From an uncultured Solirubrobacteraceae bacterium (lineage in GTDB: Bacteria > Actinomycetota > Thermoleophilia > Solirubrobacterales > Solirubrobacteraceae): a DNA stretch of 32,000 nucleotides. The position numbers were made by a program, and so were the translations under genes. The notes beneath the pieces are model-generated. The model had not been told where the DNA came from and did not search any database. It saw nothing but the letters and a program-made list of their open reading frames with translations. Shown here piece by piece: positions 23,681-32,000 of this stretch; positions within the stretch are counted from its first letter, which is position 1; each line of letters starts with the position of its first letter. The DNA lies in assembly GCA_963848415.1 (NCBI GenBank), contig CAWKDN010000001.1:1360049-1392048 (forward strand), written 5' to 3'.

Positions 23681-24211
23681 GTGAACGACCTGACCGACCC
23701 GGCGGGAATCGCGGCGCTCGCGGCCGGGGCCGTCGCCCTGCTGGCGCTGCTGCTCGCGCTCATCCTGGCGGTGCGGGTGCGGCGCCTGCGCTCCGACCAG
23801 CGCCACGTCCTCGGCGACCACGGCGAGCGCGACCTCGTGGCCCACGCGGCCGGCCTGCACGACGCCTTCGGCGTCCTGCACGCCCGCGTGGAGGAGGTCG
23901 CCGCGCGCCTGGACGAGCGCATGGCCACCGCCGAGGACCGGCTCGACGGCGCCATCGCCTACCGCGCGCTCGTGCGCTACGACGCCTACGGCGAGGTCTC
24001 CGGGCGACAATCCACGACGTTGGCGCTGCTCGACGCCGCACACAACGGCGTCGTGCTCTCGAGCATCGCCCATCGCGACACGGCGCGGCTGTACTGCAAG
24101 TCCGTGCACGCCGGCCGCGGCGAGCACGAGCTCTCGCCCGAGGAGAACGAGGCGATTCGGCTCGCCCTGGCCGGCGAGCTGGGCTCGGTCACGCTGGACG
24201 CGCTGGACTGA
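23681..24211 (+). CDS. DUF4446-family protein (N-terminal TM)
   Basis: The start is GTG 23681. The TM segment is IAALAAGAVALLALLLALILAV. The conserved core is AYRALVRYDAYGEVSGRQSTTLALLDAAHNGVVLSSIAHRDTARLYCKSV..G...LSPEENEAI, which matches my recollection of DUF4446 (v.fdAf.d.gG..SfslALLD..g.GvVltsi..R...r.Y.K.v). Confidence 0.7.
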   Translation: MNDLTDPAGIAALAAGAVALLALLLALILAVRVRRLRSDQRHVLGDHGERDLVAHAAGLHDAFGVLHARVEEVAARLDERMATAEDRLDGAIAYRALVRYDAYGEVSGRQSTTLALLDAAHNGVVLSSIAHRDTARLYCKSVHAGRGEHELSPEENEAIRLALAGELGSVTLDALD

Positions 24212-24218
24212 CGCGGTC

Positions 24219-25115
24219 GTGCGCGCGGGCTTCCTCGGGCCGGAGGGCACCTTCTCGTGGGAGGCGCTGCTCGACGACCCGGTGGCGGAGGGCTGGGAGC
24301 CGGTCGCCCTGCCGACCGTCTACGAGACCGTCATGGCGGTCCACGACGGGCGCGTGGACCGCGCGCTCGTCCCCTTCGAGAACTCGCTCGAGGGCTCGGT
24401 CAACGCGGCGCTCGACGCGCTGGCCTTCGAGACCGACGACGTCGTGATCGTCGGCGAGCGCGTGCATCCGATCCGCCATTGCCTGGTGGCGCGCGAGCCG
24501 GTCGCCCTGGAGGCGCTGCGCGTCGTCGTGTCCCATCCGCAGGCCAGCGGCCAGTGCGCGCGCTTCATCCGCACCCGGCTGCCGGACGCGGTCGTCGTGC
24601 CGGCGACCTCGACCGCCGAGGCGGTGCGGGTCGTCGCCGAGGGACGGGCGCTGCCGGACGGCTCGGAGCCGGCGGGCGCGGGGGGAGCGGGCCCGGCCGC
24701 GGCGCTCGGCAACCGGCTGGCCGCCGAGCGCTACGGCTGCACGATCCTGCGGTCGGGGGTGGAGGACGTCGCCGACAACGAGACGCGCTTCGTGTGGATC
24801 GCCCGCGCGGGCGCGGACCCGCGGGCGGGCAGGACCGCGGGCCACGCCGGGCCGGCCAAGACGTCGCTGGTCTTCTGGGACGTCGGCGCGGACGCGCCCG
24901 GCTGGCTCGTGCGCTGCCTGTCGGAGTTCGCCTTCCGCGGCGTGAACCTGACCCGCATCGAGTCCCGCCCGCGCAAGCAGGGGCTCGGCCGCTACATGTT
25001 CTTCCTCGACCTGGAGGGCGCGACGACCGACGAGCCGGTCGCGGGGGCGATCGCCGGGCTGCGGGCGCACGCCGAGGCGGTGCGCGTGCTGGGCTCCTAT
25101 CCGGCAGCGACCTGA
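24219..25115 (+). CDS. pheA: Prephenate dehydratase (PDT domain plus C-terminal ACT domain)
   Basis: The sequence is AGFLGPEGTFSWEA...VPFENSLEGSVNAALDAL...VSHPQASGQCARFI...NETRFVWI...KTSLVF...PGWLVRCLSEFAFRGVNLTRIESRPRKQGLGRYMFFLDLEG. It contains the TRF and ESRP motifs. Confidence 0.9.
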   Translation: MRAGFLGPEGTFSWEALLDDPVAEGWEPVALPTVYETVMAVHDGRVDRALVPFENSLEGSVNAALDALAFETDDVVIVGERVHPIRHCLVAREPVALEALRVVVSHPQASGQCARFIRTRLPDAVVVPATSTAEAVRVVAEGRALPDGSEPAGAGGAGPAAALGNRLAAERYGCTILRSGVEDVADNETRFVWIARAGADPRAGRTAGHAGPAKTSLVFWDVGADAPGWLVRCLSEFAFRGVNLTRIESRPRKQGLGRYMFFLDLEGATTDEPVAGAIAGLRAHAEAVRVLGSYPAAT

Positions 25116-25257
25116 GCCCGCCCTGAGCCGCCGGGCGCCCGTTCCCGCACGGGCCGGGAGGGGGTCGGAGGGGGCGCCGTCACGGCGCCGGGCCGCCGGG
25201 GCGCTCGGCTACACTCCCGCGCAGCGATGGGACGCGCTGTTCTCCCAGCACCACGGG

Positions 25258-25319
25258 GGTCCGTGCCGCTCGAGAACCACCGGCGGCACGGACCGGGCTC
25301 CAACGGCTCGAGCCGTTGG
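25258..25319 (+). promoter_or_regulatory. Two consecutive perfect hairpins in the leader immediately upstream of the HNH gene SD
   Basis: H1 pairs ggtccgtgccgc (25258-25269) with gcggcacggacc (25283-25294), giving 12 perfect bp and a 13-nt loop. H2 is the 20-nt perfect palindrome ccaacggctcgagccgttgg (25300-25319). SD aggtgg (25322-25327) and GTG 25332 follow. Confidence 0.45.
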
Positions 25320-25331
25320 TCAGGTGGTCGT

Positions 25332-25829
25332 GTGCTGGTGCTCAACGCCACGTTCGAGCCCATCAACGTGTGCACCGTCCGGCGCGCGACGGTGCTGCTG
25401 CTCAAGGAGAAGGCCGAGGTGCTCGAGGTCGGGACGTCCGACCTGCGCTGGGCGACCGGCTCGCTGCCACGGCCGGTCGTGATCCGGCTCGTGAGCTATG
25501 TCCGCATCCCGCGCGACTCCCACAAGCGCAAGATCACCCGCCGCGCGGTGTTCGCCCGCGATGGCTGGAGCTGTCAGTACTGCGGCGCCCGCACGAGCCT
25601 GACGGTCGACCACGTGATCCCGCGCTCGAAGGGCGGCCCGTCGAGCTGGGACAACATCGTGGCCTCGTGCGCGCCGTGCAACCGGCGCAAGGGCGACCGG
25701 CTGCCCAACCAGATCAACATGCACCCGCGCAGCAAGCCGCGCATGCCGAGCCCGCACATCTTCATCCAGCTCGCCTCACCGACGATCCCGGCGACCTGGA
25801 AGCAGTACCTCTCCTTCGAAGCCGCCTGA
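25332..25829 (+). CDS. HNH endonuclease-family protein
   Basis: The sequence is (M)LVLNATFEPINVCTVRRATVLLLKEKAEVLE...RRAVFARDGWSCQYCGARTSLTVDHVIPRSKGGPSSWDNIVASCAPCNRRKGDR. This is the HNH motif with Cys pairs. I chose GTG 25332 (SD aggtgg 4 nt upstream). The track start ATG 25227 adds 35 codons with clearly lower GC3 (12 of 36 codons through GTG 25332 end in A/T) that coincide with the hairpins. Confidence 0.8.
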   Translation: MLVLNATFEPINVCTVRRATVLLLKEKAEVLEVGTSDLRWATGSLPRPVVIRLVSYVRIPRDSHKRKITRRAVFARDGWSCQYCGARTSLTVDHVIPRSKGGPSSWDNIVASCAPCNRRKGDRLPNQINMHPRSKPRMPSPHIFIQLASPTIPATWKQYLSFEAA

Positions 25830-25963
25830 GCCCGGCGCGTCGCGGCGCCGCGTTCCAGGGCGCCGAGCGGGTAGCACGGCGGGCATGCCGGCCGAACCAG
25901 GCGGGCCGCACGGCCCGTCGCCCGCGCCGCCGCTGATATCCGCGACTCCTCCCGCCTTAACGG

Positions 25964-25997
25964 CCGAGGGCGTGGCTTCGACAAGCCACGCCCTCGG
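25964..25997. terminator. Perfect 15-bp stem / 4-nt loop hairpin in the HNH-gyrA convergent intergenic region
   Basis: The left arm ccgagggcgtggctt (25964-25978) pairs with the right arm aagccacgccctcgg (25983-25997) across loop cgac. There is no adjacent T- or A-tract, so classification as an intrinsic terminator is tentative. Confidence 0.45.
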
Positions 25998-26258
25998 TGA
26001 TGCACTGCTGGACTTCAGGCCAACACCAGCGGTCTGGCGGCCGGGGGGACCAACTCCGGCACTGGTGAAGGCGGCGTCACGGTGTGGATTCCGCTCCCAG
26101 CGGGTCCAGCACCGGCTGGTCTAGCGGCCGGACGCCTCCAGGGTCCCGCAAGAACTGTCACTCAATGTCGGACCACCCCCTTTCTCTGGTGACCTCGCAA
26201 GATAGCGGGTCAGACGGACGGGCACGACCGGTGGGCGCCGGCGGCCGCTCCGCGGAGG

Positions 26259-28889
<2,631 letters not shown>

Positions 28890-28890
28890 C

Positions 28891-31320
<2,430 letters not shown>

Positions 31321-31321
31321 T

Positions 31322-31370
31322 CAAACGAGCAAAACCCCGGCGCCACGGCACTGCACGGCCGCGCCCGGGG
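31322..31370 (-). promoter_or_regulatory. Terminator-like GC hairpin plus U-tract inside the presumed gyrB 5' leader
   Basis: The minus-strand RNA is ccccgggcgcggccgugcagugccguggcgccgggg followed by uuuugcucguuug. The outer 6 bp are perfect, then after a 1-nt bulge come 3 more bp. The U-rich tract ends 13 nt before the gyrB GTG, directly abutting the SD. Confidence 0.4.
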
Positions 31371-31390
31371 AGCTTCCTGCAGTGGCGAAG

Positions 31391-31396
31391 ATATTA
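31391..31396 (-). promoter_or_regulatory. Candidate -10 hexamer TAATAT (preceded by TGc) for gyrB
   Basis: The minus strand reads ...cgctgTGcTAATATcttcgcc.... It is the only strongly AT-rich hexamer in the 328-nt DUF721-gyrB spacer. I see no convincing -35 element. It lies about 85 nt upstream of the gyrB start. Confidence 0.3.
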
Positions 31397-31636
31397 GCAC
31401 AGCGACCCGTCGGATCCGAGGGTCTGGCCGGACTGAAAGTCCTGCAAATGTCGCAAAACGAGCGGGGCGGGCGGCGGCCTCGGACGACCCCGGCGCGCGG
31501 CGGGCGCGGCGCTCGGCCCACCGGGTTCGCCCGACCCGTGCGAGGGCTTCGCACACGGCCTCCGCGGGCTCGTCGGGCGCGCTCGGCTCCCTCCGCCGGC
31601 GGCGTGTCGCTTGCCCGTCCTCCCGCGCGCGTCGAT

Positions 31637-31939
31637 CTACCCACCGGCGGCGCGCGCCTGCACGCGGAGGCGGCGCACGGCCGGGCGTCCGAGGCGCGCG
31701 TTGAGCCGCTCGACGACCCGCTCGGACATGAGGTCGAGCTCTTGCGCCCACACGGCCGACGTACAGGCGACCGTGACCACCCCGTCGCGCTCGGCCACCG
31801 CCGTCGCCACCGCCCCGAAGGCCTCCCCGGCGGCTTCGGGCCAGGCCCGTTGGACGTCCGCGAGCAGCGTCGCCGGCGCAAGGCCCGCCGTCAGGCCCTC
31901 GAGTGCGAGCCCGACCGGGCGCGCCGCGCGGCGCCTCAT
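31637..31939 (-). CDS. DUF721-family protein (DciA-like), in the typical position between recF and gyrB
   Basis: The 100-aa ORF contains VQRAWPEAAGEAFGAVATAVAERDGVVTVACTSAVWAQELDLMSERVVERLNARLG. This matches the DUF721 pattern (W..ivG..ia.h..p......g.L.v.v.s..WaqeL......i...ln). Its ATG overlaps the upstream stop (ATGA). Confidence 0.8.
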   Translation of the reverse strand: MRRRAARPVGLALEGLTAGLAPATLLADVQRAWPEAAGEAFGAVATAVAERDGVVTVACTSAVWAQELDLMSERVVERLNARLGRPAVRRLRVQARAAGG

Positions 31940-32000
31940 CCCGCGCGGCGCTCCGGATCGACGGCGGCGGCCTGCAGCACGGCGCCCTCGGAGATCGCGA
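31936..32000 (-). CDS. 3' end of an upstream gene running off the window (possibly recF by synteny)
   Basis: The frame is open to the window edge and reads ...AISEGAVLQAAAVDPERRAG*. TGA 31938-31936 overlaps the DUF721 ATG. Only 21 codons are visible, so identification rests on the conserved order recF-DUF721-gyrB-gyrA. Confidence 0.35.
   Translation of the reverse strand, partial: AISEGAVLQAAAVDPERRAG

Noticed and set aside
21797-24250. The 817-aa minus-strand ORF spanning the CARDB-like and DUF4446 genes.
   Set aside because: Only its last ~60 codons (the kinase N-lobe, about 22030-22260) are meaningful. The rest is antisense to two + strand genes with good motifs and SD sites, and it is low-complexity.
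25227-25331. ATG 25227 as the start of the HNH endonuclease (track ORF 25227..25829).
   Set aside because: About one-third of the 35 extra codons end in A/T, versus nearly all ending in G/C in real genes here. They coincide with two perfect hairpins. GTG 25332 has an aggtgg SD and matches the usual N-terminus (LVLNATFEPI) of this HNH family.
25885-26124. The 79-aa + strand ORF, and ORFs 26084..26320 + and 25574..26005 -, in the HNH-gyrA gap.
   Set aside because: They have poor GC3, no SD, no family resemblance, and they run through the hairpin and repeat structures. I treat the region as non-coding.
26000-26160. A possible tRNA (tRNA-Ile/Ala lie a short distance downstream of gyrA in M. tuberculosis) or SRP/6S-like RNA, suggested by the ggattcc and ...gggtcca strings.
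   Set aside because: I could not build a cloverleaf on either strand. There is no GTTCRANYC T-loop with a complementary T-stem, no D-arm consensus and no acceptor pairing. No SRP (GGAA/AGCA) core is visible either. The region is kept only as an uncharacterised structured region in the findings.

Overview
This is a very GC-rich, stop-codon-poor bacterial chromosome segment whose gene order looks like Actinomycetota. That attribution is inferred from synteny only, and no database was searched. Most long ORFs in the six-frame track are antisense shadow ORFs. I called genes from recognisable protein motifs, GC3 bias, Shine-Dalgarno (SD) sites and tight operon junctions.

Gene content:
- The right end carries the origin-proximal block (probable recF 3' end)-DUF721/DciA-gyrB-gyrA on the minus strand.
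- The centre carries the conserved cell-wall signalling operon fhaA-fhaB-pstP(PP2C)-rodA-pbpA-pknB(4 PASTA). Here ddl follows it directly, and a Ser/Thr kinase with a polytopic membrane domain, broken by several frameshifts, precedes it.
- Other genes are a DegT-type aminotransferase (partial), a dedA-uppP pair, a small ArsR-like regulator, purM, a YihY/BrkB membrane protein followed by two tiny acidic proteins, an acyl-CoA ligase and an RHH/excisionase-type DNA-binding protein.
- The remaining genes are a frameshifted uvdE, a DsbA-like protein with a CxxS motif, a second intact kinase with a discoidin-like ectodomain, an SDR gene remnant, a CARDB-like membrane protein, DUF4446, pheA and an HNH endonuclease.
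- I could not recognise any rRNA, tRNA, CRISPR array, transposase or integrase.

I see no clearly novel multi-gene system. The points most worth a second look are:
- three decayed genes (kinase, uvdE, SDR) lying among intact essential genes, including a quasi-palindromic 25-nt insertion inside the kinase catalytic core;
- dedA overlapping a uppP that has no canonical start codon;
- strongly structured non-coding regions around the HNH gene, downstream of gyrA and in the gyrB leader;
- a long-form GyrB carrying a roughly 165-190 aa insertion.
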